This document shows, one piece after another, positions 25,030 to 39,200 of a stretch of DNA of 64,000 bases. Under the pieces are notes generated by a model, which was given only the letters and a program-made list of their open reading frames with translations, was not told where the DNA came from and did no database searches. Location of the stretch: the NCBI GenBank assembly GCA_043228905.1, contig JBHGNT010000022.1, positions 2,604,001 through 2,668,000 on the forward strand, read 5' to 3'. How positions within the stretch are numbered: position 1 is the stretch's first letter; every line of letters begins with the position of its first letter. The position numbers were made by a program, and so were the translations under genes. The stretch comes from Azolla caroliniana (lineage: Eukaryota > Plantae > Polypodiophyta).

Positions 25030-28000
25030 ATGGAAGGCGGCAGCAGCGGGCAGCCGGGAATGATGGTGCTGAATGCACAGAATTACGCCGACTGGAAGAT
25101 CAAGATGGAGGATCTTCTGATTGTTCGGGACCTGTACGAACCGATTGACAGGTCGGAAATACCGAAGGGAGTACTTGAGTCGGAGTGGAATCTCCTGAAC
25201 CGGAAAGCCGTAGCGACGATCCGACAATATGTCGATGTAAGCGTCCTACAACATGTGGCAAATGACACCAACGCATATGAGATGTGGAAGAAGCTGTCGG
25301 GCCTCTACGAGAGGAAGAATGCGTTGAACCGGACCTCCCTGATGAGGAAGATTGTGAATCTCAAGTACCGGGACGGCGAGAGTATGGTGGAACACGTAAG
25401 CACGTTCATGGGATTCGTGAACCAGCTTGCGGCGATCAAGTTCCCGTTGGAGGATGCAATGCAAGCCATCATCCTGATGTGTACATTGCCGGACAGCTGG
25501 GAGAACTTGGTGGTGACTCTCAGCACCTCCTGCACGGAAGACAACTTGTCCCTACAAACGGTAAAGACAAGTATTTTGAACGAAGAAGCGCGTCGGAGAG
25601 ATAAAGAACCGGCCTCCGACTCGAAGGCGCTGCTTACCGAATCGGAACGGGGAAGACACTGGAACCGGAGTCCGCAAAGACGGGAGAAGTCGGGGACCCG
25701 GTCGCAGTCAAGAGGAAGGCCCACGTGCTTCCACTGTGGGAAGCCGGGGCACTTCCGGAAGAATTGTCGGCATTACCGAAAGGACAACGGAGCCGACGAC
25801 ACCGATTCGAAGAAGTCACCGGAGAGAAACGGTGCATACCGGGGAGCCACGGACCGGAGAGGTCCGGATCGGCGAGGGCAGGACCGAAAAGGAACGACGG
25901 CACTCGCGGCAAGTGAAGAAGAGATAATGCTCATTACCGAAGAGAGGGAGCTGAACCTTGCCGGTGAAGAGATGACCTGGGTGGTCGATTCCGGAGCGTC
26001 GTTCCACCTGACCCCGGAGAAGAAATACTTCTCATCCTACACAGCCGGTGAGCACGGCTGTGTCCGGATGGGAAATGAAGGTACGTGCCGGATAGCCGGC
26101 ATAGGAGACGTGTGGCTGATGACATCAACCGGATGCAAGATGCTGCTGAAGGATGTTCGACACGTTCCGGAGGTTCGATTGAACCTGATTTCGGCCGGCA
26201 GGCTAGACGATGAAGGCTACACGGGTAGCATCCGGAACGGTGTCATGAAGTTCAGCAAGGGGAGCCTGATAGTGGCTCGGGCCCGGAAGGTCAACACACT
26301 GTACCTGATGAATTCCCGGCTATGTCCGGAGGAGCTGAACGTGGCAGCCGACACTGCCGGTGAGCTGTGGCACAAGAGACTGTGCCACATGAGTGAGAAG
26401 GGGATGAAGAGGCTTGCAGAAGACAACCTCATTCCAGTGAAGCATGTGCATCTGGAGAAGTGCACCGATTGCCTGGCCGGTAAGCAGAACCGAGCCTCCT
26501 TCCACTCAAGGCCACCGACGAGACGTTGCGCACCATTGGAGTTGGTGCACACTGACGTGTGTCAAGTAGAAACGAAGTCACATGGCGGAGCCCAGTACTT
26601 CGTGACATTCATTGATGACCACAGCCGGAAGCTGTGGACGGCACCGTTGAAGACAAAGGACCAAGTATTGTCCGTCTTCAAAGAACTCCACGCGAGAGTG
26701 GAAAGGGAATCCGGCAAGAAGCTGAAAGCGGTACGAGCGGATAACGGAGGAGAATACCGGGGGCAGTTCCAGGAGTACTGTCGCTCGAAGGGAATCCGGC
26801 TCGAGTTTACTGTGCCGAAGACGCCGGAACTGAACGGGCTGGCCGAGAGGATGAACCGGAACATAATGGAGAGGGTCCGGAGTATGCTGGCGCATGCTAA
26901 ATTACCCAAGGGATTTTGGGCTGAGGCAATGTCGACGGCGACGTATGTGATAAATAGATCACCCTCAGTACCTTTGGACGGAGACACGCCGCAGAAAGTG
27001 TGGACCGGTAAGGAAGTGTCCTACCGGCATCTGAAGGTGTTCGGGTGTCTTGCATACGTGCATGTGGCAAAGGACCGGAGAGGAAAGTTGGATCCAAAGA
27101 CCCGGCCATGCATATTCCTCGGTTACGGCGACGATGAGTTCGGCTACCGAGTATGGGACCCGGTCGACAAGAAGATATTCAGGAGTCGAGATATCATCTT
27201 CATGGAGGACGAGACACTCGCCGACTGGGAGTCGGAGAAGAAGATGAAGAGCTCCAAGTCGACCGGTGAGGATAAACTCTACGAGGAGCAGTCCCGACCG
27301 GCAAGGGACCGGTTAGCACTCGAGGATCCGGCCGAATACGGTGAAGAAACAGAACCGGCCGAGGAGGATGAAACTGATACCGGAACCGGCCCGATCCCGA
27401 AATGGATTCGGATGAAGAGGAAACGGAGGAGCCGGTTACCGAAGCTCCGGAACGGAGATATCCTCTAAGAGAGAGAAGGCCCCCCCGGAGATTTCCGGAA
27501 CCTGAGCACGTGCTGCTGACCGACGAGGGGGAGCCGGAGAGTTTTGAAGAAGCAAAGCTTGACACCCATAGCCGCAGGTGGTTAAGTGCCATGCAGGAGG
27601 AGATGGATTCCCTGCATGAGAACCACACATATGAACTTGTGGAGTTGCCGAAAGGAAAGCGGGCACTTCGAAACAAGTGGGTGTTCAAGCTGAAACCGGG
27701 AGATGCCGGAAACCCCCCGAGATACAAAGCCAGGATCGTGGTGAAGGGGTTCCAGCAGAAGAAGGGCGTCGACTTCGACGAGATATTTGCCCCGGTAGTG
27801 AAGATGACCTCCATCCGGACGGTGCTGAGCATAGCGGCAAGTATGGACCTCGAGGTAGAACAGATGGACGTGAAGACGGCTTTCCTTCACGGTGACCTCG
27901 AAGAAGAGATCTACATGCAGCAACCGGAAGGATTCGAGAAGAAAGGGAAGGAGCACCTGGTATGCCGGTTGAAGAAGAGCCTTTACGGACTGAAGCAGGC

Positions 28001-29102
28001 TCCCCGGCAATGGTACCGGAAGTTCGACTCCTTCATGACCGACAAAGGGTACCTCAAAACGCAGTCCGACCACTGCGTGTTTGTGAAGAAGTTCGAAGGA
28101 GGAGACTCTCTAATACTCCTCCTGTACGTGGACGACATGTTGATCGTCGGACGGGACCAGGTCAAGATACGGATGCTGAAGAAGGCTCTTCACCGAACCT
28201 TCTCAATGAAGGACCTGGGTCCGGCGAGGCAAATACTGGGGATGCACATCATCCGGGACCGGAGCAAAAAGCAGTTGTGGCTGTCACAGGAGAAGTACGT
28301 GACAAAGGTGCTTAAACGGTTCAACATGTCTGAAGCAAGACCGGTCGGATCGACCCTCCCGGCAAACTGCAAGCTGTCCAGTAAGCAAAGTCCCAAGACA
28401 AAGGTTGAAAAGGAGGATATGATGAATGTGCCGTATGCCTCAGCCGTCGGGAGCTTGATGTACGCCATGGTGTGTACGAGACCGGACATAGGATATGCAG
28501 TCGGAGTGGTGAGCCGGTACATGAGCAATCCCGGCAAAGAGCATTGGAACACGGTCAAGTGGATACTCCGATACCTGAAGGGCACGGCAAACGTGTGCCT
28601 TCGATTCGGCTCCGGAAAGCCCGAACTCGACGGCTTTACCGATTCGGATATGTCGGCTGATACAGATACCAGCCGGTCCACATCAGGGTATGTGATGACG
28701 TATGCAGGTGGAGCTGTTTCGTGGCAGTCGAGGCTGCAGAAGACGGTTGCACTGTCAACCACGGAGGCGGAGTACATGGCGGCTGTTGAAGCAGGCAAGG
28801 AAATAATATGGATGAAGGACTTCATTAGAGAGCTCGGTATCCGGCAAGAGGAGTACCGACTCTACTGCGACAGTCAGAGTGCCATCCACCTTGCGAAGAA
28901 CGCGGCTTATCACTCCCGGACGAAGCACATCCAGCGAAGATATCACTGGATCCGGGAAAGGATAGAAGACAAGGAGTTCGTGCTGACGAAGGTCCACACG
29001 GACGAGAACGGGTCGGATATGCTGACCAAGGTGCTCACACCCGACAAGCTGGAAGCATGCCGGAAGAGGATTGGATTGGAGAGACATCCCATGCCGAAGT
29101 GA
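25030..29102 (+). pseudogene. D1 gag-pol with a single 1-nt frameshift near 27392
   Basis: ORFs 25030-27468 and 27402-29102. D1 has ggccc-gatccc where D2 has ggccctgatccc. Confidence 0.9.
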
Positions 29103-29894
29103 AGGGGGAGTTTGTTGGGATTACGGTCCCTCCGGATGGGATGTCCGGATGATGAAGAGTACCCGGCATGAAGCCGGATGACGAGTACCCGGATGCGGAT
29201 CCGGATGATGAAGAGTACCCGGCATGAAGCCGGATGACGAGTACCCGGATGCGGATCCGGATGATGAAGAGTACCCGGCATGAAGCCGGATGACGAGTAC
29301 CCGGATGCGGATCCGGATGATGAAGAGTACCCGGCATGAAGCCGGATGACGAGTACCCGGATGCGGATCCGGATGATGAAGAGCCTGGCTACGGAGCCGG
29401 ATGATGAAGACCCCGGCTACGGAGCCGGATGATGAATGTACCCGGAGAGAGATCCGGATGCGGGGACATATTTGTGAATATGTTTGCCAAGAGCCCTTGA
29501 GGCTATATTTGTAAATAGCCCGAAAGTCATATGTGTATAAATATGACTTAGGGCAAACAGTTAAATGATGTTGTTGCTCATTTTTCATGCGAAGTGAGAG
29601 CAGCCGAGAGAGAGAGAGAGACGAAGAGGTCGCTGCCTCTGTGTATTACCGCCGCCTGTGGCGAAGACAGTGAGCTCAAGGTTGTTGCCTTGTAGCTTCA
29701 CCAGTGTACATCCCTGTTCATAGTGATAGTTGGAGTTTGAGGACTTCCGTGGTTTTTTCCCATTTAGGGTTTTCCACGTTAATCCCTGTGTCATCGTGTC
29801 TTTCTCTGTGTTTCCTATTTTCTGCTCCTTTGATTCGCAATTACTCGGTTGTGGCCGAGGGAAGAAGGTGAATCGGGGTGGTCGATTCTCTACA

Positions 29895-31064
29895 ACGAAT
29901 GCCGTCTTCATCTAGTTGTCCGACTGAGATCAATGGCCTTGAGAGCTCGGGTACATGTCGGACATTGTGAAGTACAAGTGTAGAGCCACCTGCAAGGTTG
30001 AGCTCTACTGTGCCGATTCCAATGATGTCACAGTGTTGCGAGTTGCCGACTCGAACTGAGTCGGAGTGACGGATCGTATATTGCCGAAATTGGGATCGAT
30101 GAGGAGTCACGTGAAATGACGCGCCTGAATCTAAGAGCCATGTGCTCGATTCTTCAGTCGTGAGCAGAACTTCTGATCCGACTGGATTTTCGATTGATAG
30201 TATATTCGGGTCGTTTGGTAACACATCAGCTGAGGAGCTGACGTAATTGATCTCCTCATGCCGGCCACTCTTCTTGTCTGATTTCTGAGACTTGTCGTTC
30301 TTGTTCTTGAGTGCGCGGCAGTCGGCTTTGATGTGTCCGGGTTTCTTGCAGTAGTTGCAGATTCGGTTATCCCGTGACTGGCTCCGTCTTCGCTGATTGT
30401 TCGGCGGTCGTGAGGAATCTCTTCCTCGTATGTTCGATCGGTCTGTCGAACCTTGTACTACATAAGCGTCGTCTGTTGAGTCTTTGGCGAAAGACTTTCT
30501 CCGAGCTGCTTCGGTCAGGATTGCGCTCGTGACTTCGGAGTATTTAACAGCCGTGGTTGACGCGTTGCACACAGTTGTGACGAAAGTTTCCCATGATGAA
30601 GGAAGGCTGCTCATGAGTATCATTGCTCTAAGTTCATCCTCGATTGCCGTCCCCTGAGATGAGATTTGGGAGCTTATGCTTTCGTACTCATTGAGATGTG
30701 CTTGAACCGAATCGGATTCTTTCATCCGCAAGTTGTAGAGGCGTCGGATCAGAAACATCTTTGTTGCAGCGACCTTCTTTTCGTAGGTGTCCGACAGTGT
30801 TTTCCACAGTTCGAATGATGTCGTACACGATTGCACCGTAAAGTATACCGATTCCGATAGGTGCATCTGAATTGTGGCGCGGACGATCCTGTCCAGCTTC
30901 TGCCACTCAATTGGTTTGTATCCTTCTGGAGGTTCTTCATTTTCGATGGGATCGATTTGCCCCTTGACTATGAGATAGTCCTGCATTTGCTCCTTCCAGA
31001 AGTTGAAGTTCGATCCATCGAACTTTCGTAGACTCATTTCTGACGAGCCGGATGTGGATGCCAT
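29895..31064 (-). pseudogene. Copia E gag-protease 5' part
   Basis: MASTSGSS..KFDGSNF, CNYCKKPGHIKADC, WLLDSGAS. Joins 24211 in frame once D1 and one TSD copy are removed. Confidence 0.93.
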
Positions 31065-31840
31065 CAAATTTGGTTTCGGTTGACGAAGCTCGGTTCGGAG
31101 TTGACTATGAACCTTGTTGGAGTGTAGCCGGTTGGCTCACCCGATATCGTTCTAGTCGGATTTGAACCCGAGTCGGTTCGGCTTCGGATATATGTATTGT
31201 TGAACTTGCTCGAATTGACTCCGGTAACTTGAGGGACAGAACCGACTGGTCTTCCCGAATGTTGCCGAGTCGGAGTGAGGCCGGTTCGCTTCCGAATATA
31301 TATGCCGAATACCGATTATTGAAACCGATTGTCTGGACCGATTCTGCTTCGGGTGACTGCAGCAACGAGAGAGACGGATCCAACTGATCCTCCCGAATGT
31401 CGATCAGCCGGATGAAGCACGAATTGGGGTTGTTGTCTTGAGACCGATCTGCACCGAGTGGTTACAATGAGCGGCGTTTGATTACCTCTTCGGATGCCGT
31501 TTAACCGGGTGGAGCACGATCGTGTCAATGTTGCGCAAGGGGATTTCACCTCGAGCGGTTACGATCACAAGGAACAGAGTACAACCTGCTGGCTTACTCC
31601 AAGCGAAGATGATCTAACGCGATGAGATGCAAGCCTCGTTTTTCTTCTTCTTCTCTCTTCTTCGAATGACGCAGGAAACCGAATGCTGTGCAGGCTGAGA
31701 CGACGGCCGACAGCGAGTTGAAGGACCGAATACTGTGCAGGCTCTGATACCAGATGTTGGAGACAAGGCCGTGTCGATGCGGAAGATCAAGAAGCATTCG
31801 ATTCTGTTCTGTACCTGCGTATGACAGTTTCTAGGTCGTT

Positions 31841-31881
<41 letters not shown>

Positions 31882-34046
31882 CACAAAAGACTTTCTATTC
31901 AATAGAAACAATAATACAACACCCAACCTTACAAAGAGGTTATAAGGTCACTATATATAGTGACCGACTTAGGGCAACTCCCATTTATGCTAATTACACA
32001 AATGGCCCAAAGGGATAGTGTGAATACGTCCATTATACACTTGTATTCAACAATTCTTGCATGGGGAGGTAAACAAAGAAATCTATATGCAACAACCCGA
32101 AGGCTTTGTAGAGAAAGGAAAAGAGAACCTGGTGTGTTGACTGAAGAAAAGCTTGTATGGTTTGAAACAAACTCCATGCCAATGGTACAAGAAGTTCGAA
32201 TCCTTCATGCTAGAACATGGGTTCCATAAAACACAAGCATATCATTGTGGGTTTGCAAAAAGGTATGATATAGGTGACTTCTTGATTCTCTTGTTAATAG
32301 TCGGATAGGAAACAAGGAAAATCATGAGCTTGAAGAAAGCATTAGGCAAGTCGTTTGCCATGAAAGATATTGGACTAGCTAAACAGATCTTGGGGATGCA
32401 CATTGTTCGGGATAGAACTAAGAACGTGCTATGGCTATTACAAGAGAAATATGTGACAAAGATCTTGGAAAGGTCCAGCATGTCAGAAGCAAAGCCAATC
32501 ATCTTTGCATTGCTAACAAACTGCAAGTTGAATGACAAACAATGTCAAAGAGGGGAGAAGGAAAAGGCTGAGATGAGGAGTGTACTATATGCCTCGACTG
32601 TCAGCAATTTAATGTATACTATGGTCTATACGAGACCAAACATAGCATTTGCAGTGGGAATAGTAAGCCGATAATGAGTAATCTAGGAAAAGAACACTAG
32701 ACAACAATCAAGTGGATACTGACGTACATAAAAGGCACCTCGGGGGTGTGCCTTAGGTATGGTGTTGTAAACCTATGCTCGAAGGTTTTACCGACTTAGA
32801 CATGTCAGGGGATGTAGACTCAAGCCGATCCACATCAAATAATATATGATGACCTATGCAAGGGGAGTAGTGTCATGGCAGTTGAGACTGCAAAAGTCTA
32901 TGGCTTCGCCGGCTATAGAGGAAGAGTATATGGTTGCGGTAGAGGCCGACAAAGAGCTTATTTGGATGAAGAACTTCCTCAGTGAATTAGGAATGAAGCA
33001 AGAAAGATTCTTGTTACCGTATGAGATGTATGGAGAGTTGAGTGAGGGTGAGGAAACTTAATGTTGTTGTACTTATGTGTAATGTTATATGATTATGAGT
33101 GTGAATGTAAGTGTAAGTGTGAGTGTGGCGGATACAAACAGGTGTGAGTGAGTGAGTAGGTGTGAATGGCCAAGGGGCTTGCACCCTTGTGTATCTACCC
33201 TTTTGTTAACTATTTAGCCCCCCTTATGGGGAATGAATGAAAAAAAAGGAATATTTCTCTCTCAATCTCTCTCTCTCTCTCTCTTCTCATCTCTCTTTCT
33301 CTCTCTCTCCCCTTACGTTAAACCCCTTGGGAGGGGGGTGGAGCCATTCTAGGCACCACCCCCCACCCCTCAATACTTGTCAACATCTTCATTATCTGTC
33401 TCACCATCATACTCTCCATCATTTTCACTATTGGGATAACATCCCCATACAACAAAGTTGTGAAATTTGACTAATTAACTTCCCTTTCCGTCTACGAAGT
33501 TATTGTGGTACCCCACAAAATCCATAAATGAAGTACCCATTTCTCATGGTCCAGTTAAACCACATTCCCAAATACCTGAGGTGGTTGAACAAGATCAATG
33601 AAAGTGACTAAAAACTTCTTGTTACTGATGCCCAACTTTGTTATTAACCACCAAAATGGTTTTAGCAACTAGGCATGTAATGAACCTATGTCTTTCATCT
33701 TCTTCAACAAAATGAACAAAAAGAAAACCTTTCCCATTCGAAATATGTCTTTGTTTTAAAGCCTCTCTCTCTCTATCTCTCTCTCTCTCACCCTCACTCA
33801 TTCACTCACTCAAGGGGTGTGGGGCTACTGTCGATATTTTGAAAAAGGAAGGGTAGTTTTGAGATTTTATCATGTGACTATCTCCAAAAGCAATTGTTTC
33901 TCAATGTATTGAGGGAGGGGTTTGACACAGAGAGGAATCAATGAAATGACAAGTCAGTGATGAAAGGACAGTTGGGAGATTTTGAAGATATGAGGGAGGG
34001 AGGGGTATTTTGTGTAATTCATAGAACAAGTTGTTTCCATGTTTTC

Positions 34047-34106
<60 letters not shown>
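34047..34106. repeat. Compound (AGAT)n(AG)n microsatellite
   Basis: Direct reading. Confidence 0.9.
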
Positions 34107-34108
<2 letters not shown>

Positions 34109-36281
34109 GTTTTCAGGGGTGTTTTGTGTAATTTCCCAAAACCACCTGCTTCCATGCTGCGGGATGACAAATGTTTCATGCTATTTTGACTCTTTGGTAT
34201 TTTCCATACCTTTCAACTTGGGATTGCGTCTCGAGAACCTTCTTGAAATCTACAAAAAAAATGGTAAAATTGACTGCTTCCTATAAGCTGTCACTCCTCC
34301 ATTACAACCAACATAGAGAAATGATGTTATATTACTTGTTACAAACCACTCCCCTCTCCCCATCTGTTTTGGTGGGGAATTTTAAAATGATGGAACCAAA
34401 AGTAAATGTGAAAGCTTACATGAACACTAAGCTAGTTGTCAAAATTCATTGTTTTTGTCCACAATGTTGGTTCTTTGGTCGAGTTGACGAGAGAAATAGC
34501 TTAATGCCTGATGTTGTTGGGGATGGTTCCGCCATTGTAAGAAGTTTGTGGAAGCTAATACAACCTTGGGGGCATTCCTGAATATCATGCTTGATATCCT
34601 CATATGTAAAGCATTCCAACACAACATGTTCTTCTATTTTTGGGATATTGATGGAACATAAGTCACATGGCCATATAAGTCTTTATTCAAACTATAAACC
34701 TTATAGTGCAGACCTGAAATCTCAAAACTTGGGGGATGTTCTACATAGAGTTCTTCTATTAAGTCACCATTGAAAAAGGAAAACTTCTTCCATTTAGTAT
34801 CTGAAATTTGAACATATGTATATATTAGAGTTTAATCCTACTATAAGCATATGACAAGGATGTTGAGTTACAACCTCAAGATTGGCCGGATCGGTGCGGA
34901 AGTTGGGAGGCTGTTGAACAAATATTCCGCGAGGGAATATAGTTGGGAGTTAGTGTAGGAGCTTAGTTATGAGCATTGAAGTACGTGTCAGTACTTCTGT
35001 CAGTCCGTATGGACTTGTATAAAAGTGCTCCCTGAGCACATCCTATGTACCAAGTTTTACACATTATTTTGAATTTAGTTTTTTGGTGTGTGTTCATTCC
35101 CTCTTTGTCTCTCCCGCGTACATTGTGTCTTAAGCTCTCCATTAAACCTGTTTTTTCTCTGTCGGTATTCTATGTTTCGTATAGCTTCGGCACGTTACAT
35201 TCACATGGTCGTAACTATGCATCTTGGTCGTACAAGATGTACCAGTACCTGCTTAGACATGGATACTGGAGCTATGTCGATGGAGCGAATGATGCAACAC
35301 CTGAATCGACACACAGAGACTTCCCAGCCTGGAAACAGTCGGCGAGCAGAGTTCTCTACTGCTTTGCGTCCTATGTGAGCGAAAAACTCTTGAGCTACAT
35401 TCAGGATGCAAGAATGCCGAAGGATGCTTGGGGAAATCTGAAAAAGATTTTTGCCGCAAGCACCACAACCAAGAAGCTCCAACTCCGACAGGAGTTGAGC
35501 AATGTGCGTCAACGCGACATGACGGTGGCTGACTACACCTCCAAGATAAAGGATATTTGCGATTCCCTCGCCTCCATCGATGTGAACATTGAGGAGGGCG
35601 AAATGGTGTAGATTTTCCTTGGAGAATTGGCATTGAAGTTCGGAGCATTCCGAACTGCTATTTGTACAAGGGAAAATACGCCGTCGTTTTTCGACTTGCA
35701 GTCGATGCTCCTTGTAGAGGAGAATCACGCAGGTGCGTTGATGAGTACACACGCCGACAACAAGATCCTGTACACGGAGGGAAATAGGCCCCGTGGTCGT
35801 GGCGGACGAGGCGAGTCGGCGCGCAATGGAGGCAACCAACGGGAGCAAGGACGAAGGCATCGTGGTGATGCCGACAACAATTCTGGACCCTTCGAAAGCA
35901 GGGGGAGTCGAGGAGGCGACGAGAACCGGCAAGGGAAACATGTTGTAGAATGTTGGTATTGTGGCAAGAAAGGTCACAAGGAGAGCGAGTGCTGGAAGAA
36001 GCGCACCGATTCGGAGAAAACCGGATCCGGATCCGGAAGGATCAAACAAGGAAATCAGCAGCGGACACACTACGCCGAAGGATCTAAAAAAATCGGAAAG
36101 GGGGTAGCCTTCGTGACAAGACACGAAGCGAACTCGATGTGTCAGGAATAGTACTAAGCAGAGATGGAATTAGTACTAAAGAAGAGCAATACTATTAGTA
36201 TTAAGAGGACGGGACTGCGTAAGACTCCCGAGAGAGAGAGAAAGAGAGAAGCGAAAAGAGAGATAGCGAGGATGAGAGAGA

Positions 36282-39200
36282 TGTAGGGAATCGACCACCC
36301 CGATTTGCCTTCTTCTCTCGGCCACAACCGAGTAATTGCGAATCAAAGGAGAACAAAATAGGAAACACAGAGAAAGACACGATGACACAGGGATTAACGT
36401 GGAAAACCCTAAATGGGAAAAACCACGGGAGTCCTCAAACTCCAACTATCACTATGAACAGGGATGTACACTGGTGAAGCTACAAGGCAACAACCTTGAG
36501 CTCACTGTCTTCGCCACAGGCGGCGGTAATACACAGAGGCAGCGACCTCTTCGTCTCTCTCTCTCTCGGCTGCTCTCACTTCGCATGGAAAAATGAGCAA
36601 CAACATTTAAACTGTTTGCCCTAAGTCATATTTATACACATATATGACTTTCGGGCTATTTACAAATATAGCCTCAAGGGCTCTTGGCAAACATATTTAC
36701 AAATATGTCCCCGCATCCGGATCTCTCTCCGGGTACATTCGTCATCCGTCTCCGTAACCGGGGTCTTCATCATCCGGCTCCGTAACCGGGGTCTTCATCA
36801 TCCGGATCCGTATCCGGGTACTCTTCATCCGGCTTCATGCCGGGTACTCTTCATCATCCGGTTCCGTAACCGCAACCGGGCTTGCCGTCATTCATCTCCG
36901 GACATCCCATCCGGAGGGACCGTAATCCCAACAAACTCCCCCTTCACTTCGGCATGGGATGTCTCTCCAGTCCGATCCTCTTCCGGCATGCTTCCAGCTT
37001 GTCGGGTGTGAGCACCTTGGTCAGCATATCCGACCCGTTCTCGTCCGTGTGGACCTTCGTCAGCACGAACTCCTTGTCTTCTATCCTTTCCCGGATCCAG
37101 TGATATCTTCGCTGGATGTGCTTCGTCCGGGAGTGATAAGCCGCGTTCTTCGCAAGGTGGATGGCACTCTGACTGTCGCAGTAGAGTCGGTACTCCTCTT
37201 GCCGGATACCGAGCTCTCTAATGAAGTCCTTCATCCATATTATTTCCTTGCCGGCTTCAACAGCCGCCATGTACTCCGCCTCCGTGGTTGACAACGCAAC
37301 CGTCTTCTGCAGCCTCGACTGCCACGAAACAGCTCCACCTGCATACGTCATCACATACCCTGATGTGGACCGGCTGGTATCTGCATCAGCCGACATATCC
37401 GAATCGGTAAAGCCGTCGAATTCGGACTTACCGGAGCCGAATCGGAGGCACACGTTTGCCGCGCCCTTCAGGTATCGGAGTATCCACTTGACCGCGTTCC
37501 AATGCTCTTTGCCGGGATTGCTCATGTACCGGCTCACCACTCCGACTGCATATCCTATGTCCGGTCTCGTACACACCATGGCGTACATCAAGCTCCCGAC
37601 GGCTGAGGCATACGGCACTTTCATCATATCCTCCTTTTCAGCCTTTGTCTTGGGACTTTGCTTGCTGGACAGCTTGCAGTTTGCCGGGAGGGTCGATCCG
37701 ACCGGTCTTGCTTCCGACATGTTGAACCGTTTAAGCACCTTTGTCACGTACTTCTCCTGTGACAGCCACAACTGCTTTTTGCTCCGGTCCCGGATGATGT
37801 GCATCCCCAGTATTTGCCTCGCCGGACCCAGGTCCTTCATTGAGAAGGTTCGGTGAAGAGCCTTCTTCAGCATCCGTATCTTGACCTGGTCCCGTCCGAC
37901 GATCAACATGTCGTCCACGTACAGGAGGAGTATTAGAGAGTCTCCTCCTTCGAACTTCTTCACAAACACACAGTGGTCGGACTGCGTTTTGAGGTACCCT
38001 TCGTCGGTCATGAAGGAGTCGAACTTCCGGTACCATTGCCGGGGAGCCTGCTTCAGTCCGTAAAGGCTCATCTTCAACCGGCATACCAGGTGCTCCTTCC
38101 CTTTCTTCTCGAATCCTTCCGGTTGCTGCATGTAGATCTCTTCATCGAGGTCACCGTGAAGGAATGCCGTCTTCACGTCCATCTGTTCTACTTCGAGGTC
38201 CATGCTTGCCGCTATGCTCAGCACCGTCCGGATGGAGGTCATCTTTACTACCGGGGCAAATATCTCATCGAAGTCGACGCCCTTCTTTTGCTGAAACCCC
38301 TTCACCACGATCCTGGCTTTGTATCTCGGGGGGTTTCCGGCATCTCCCGGTTTCAGCTTGAACACCCACTTGTTTCGAAGTGCCCGCTTTCCTTTCGGCA
38401 ACTCCACAAGTTCATATGTGTGGTTCTCATGCAGGGAATCCATCTCGTCCTGCATGGCACTCAACCACCTGCGGCTCTGGGTGTCGTGCTTTGCTTCTTC
38501 AAAGCTCTCCGGCTCCCCCTCGTCGGTTAGCAGCACGTGCTCTGGTTCCGGAAATCTCCGGGGGGCCCTTCTCTCTCTTAGAGGGTATCTCCGTTCCGGA
38601 GCTTCGGTAACCGGCTGCTCCGTTTCCTCTTCATCCGAATCCATTTCGGGATCAGGGCCGGTTCCGGTATCAGTTTCATCTTCCTCGGCCGGTTCTGTTT
38701 CTTCACCGTCTTCGGCCGGATCCTCGAGTGCTAACCGGTCCCTTGCCGGTCGGGACTGCTGTTTATCCTCACCGGTCGACTTGGAGCTCTTCATCTTCTT
38801 CTCCGACTCCCAGTCGGCGAGTGTCTTGTCCTCCATGAAGATGATATCTCGACTCCTGAATATCTTCTTGTCGACCGGGTCCCATACTCGGTAGCCGAAC
38901 TCGTCGTCGCCGTAACCGAGGAATATGCATGGCCGGGTCTTTGGATCTAACTTTCCTCTCCGGTCCTTTGCCACATGCACGTATGCGAGACACCCGAACA
39001 CCTTCAGATGCCGGTAGGACACTTCCTTACCGGTCCACACTTTCTGCGGCGTGTCTCCGTCCAAAGGTACTGAGGGTGATCTATTTATCACATACGTCGC
39101 CGTCGACATTGCCTCAGCCCAAAACCCCTTGGGTAATTTCGCATGCGCCAGCATACTCCGGACCCTCTCCATTATGGTCCGGTTCATCCTCTCGGCCAGC

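Larger units (their letters stand above)
24217..29894 (+). mobile_element. Ty1/copia family D copy D1 (Tnt1/Tork-like), very young
   Basis: 782-bp LTRs at 24217-24998 and 29113-29894 (2 mismatches seen). TSD ACGAA at 24212-24216 and 29895-29899. PBS 25002-25013, PPT 29101-29112. Confidence 0.98.
20868..32052 (-). mobile_element. Ty1/copia family E, full length and young, interrupted by D1
   Basis: LTRs 20868-21157 and 31755-32052 differ by 2 substitutions plus (GA)n length. TSD ATTCT at 20863-20867 and 32053-32057. PBS 31741-31752, PPT 21158-21168. Confidence 0.97.
11944..33017 (+). mobile_element. Copia family C (old relative of D), decayed, 3'-truncated; host of G1 and E
   Basis: 5' LTR 11944-12376, PBS 12380-12391, gag ATG 12404 (MEGGVSGFLGMMVLN). 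Coding resumes at 18443-20867 and 32058-~33017 across both TSDs. No 3' LTR seen. Confidence 0.88.

Noticed and set aside
27390-27402. Programmed frameshift in D1
   Set aside because: D2 is in frame with one extra T and there is no slippery site. It is a private 1-nt deletion or a sequencing error.
28190-28825. Long antisense ORFs in D1 and D2 (also 37221-37856)
   Set aside because: Shadow frames of GC-rich RT coding sequence, shared only because the copies are nearly identical.
33840-34140. Repeated GGG(T)A/GTTTTG motifs resembling DNA-transposon ends
   Set aside because: No matching inverted terminus or TSD was found.
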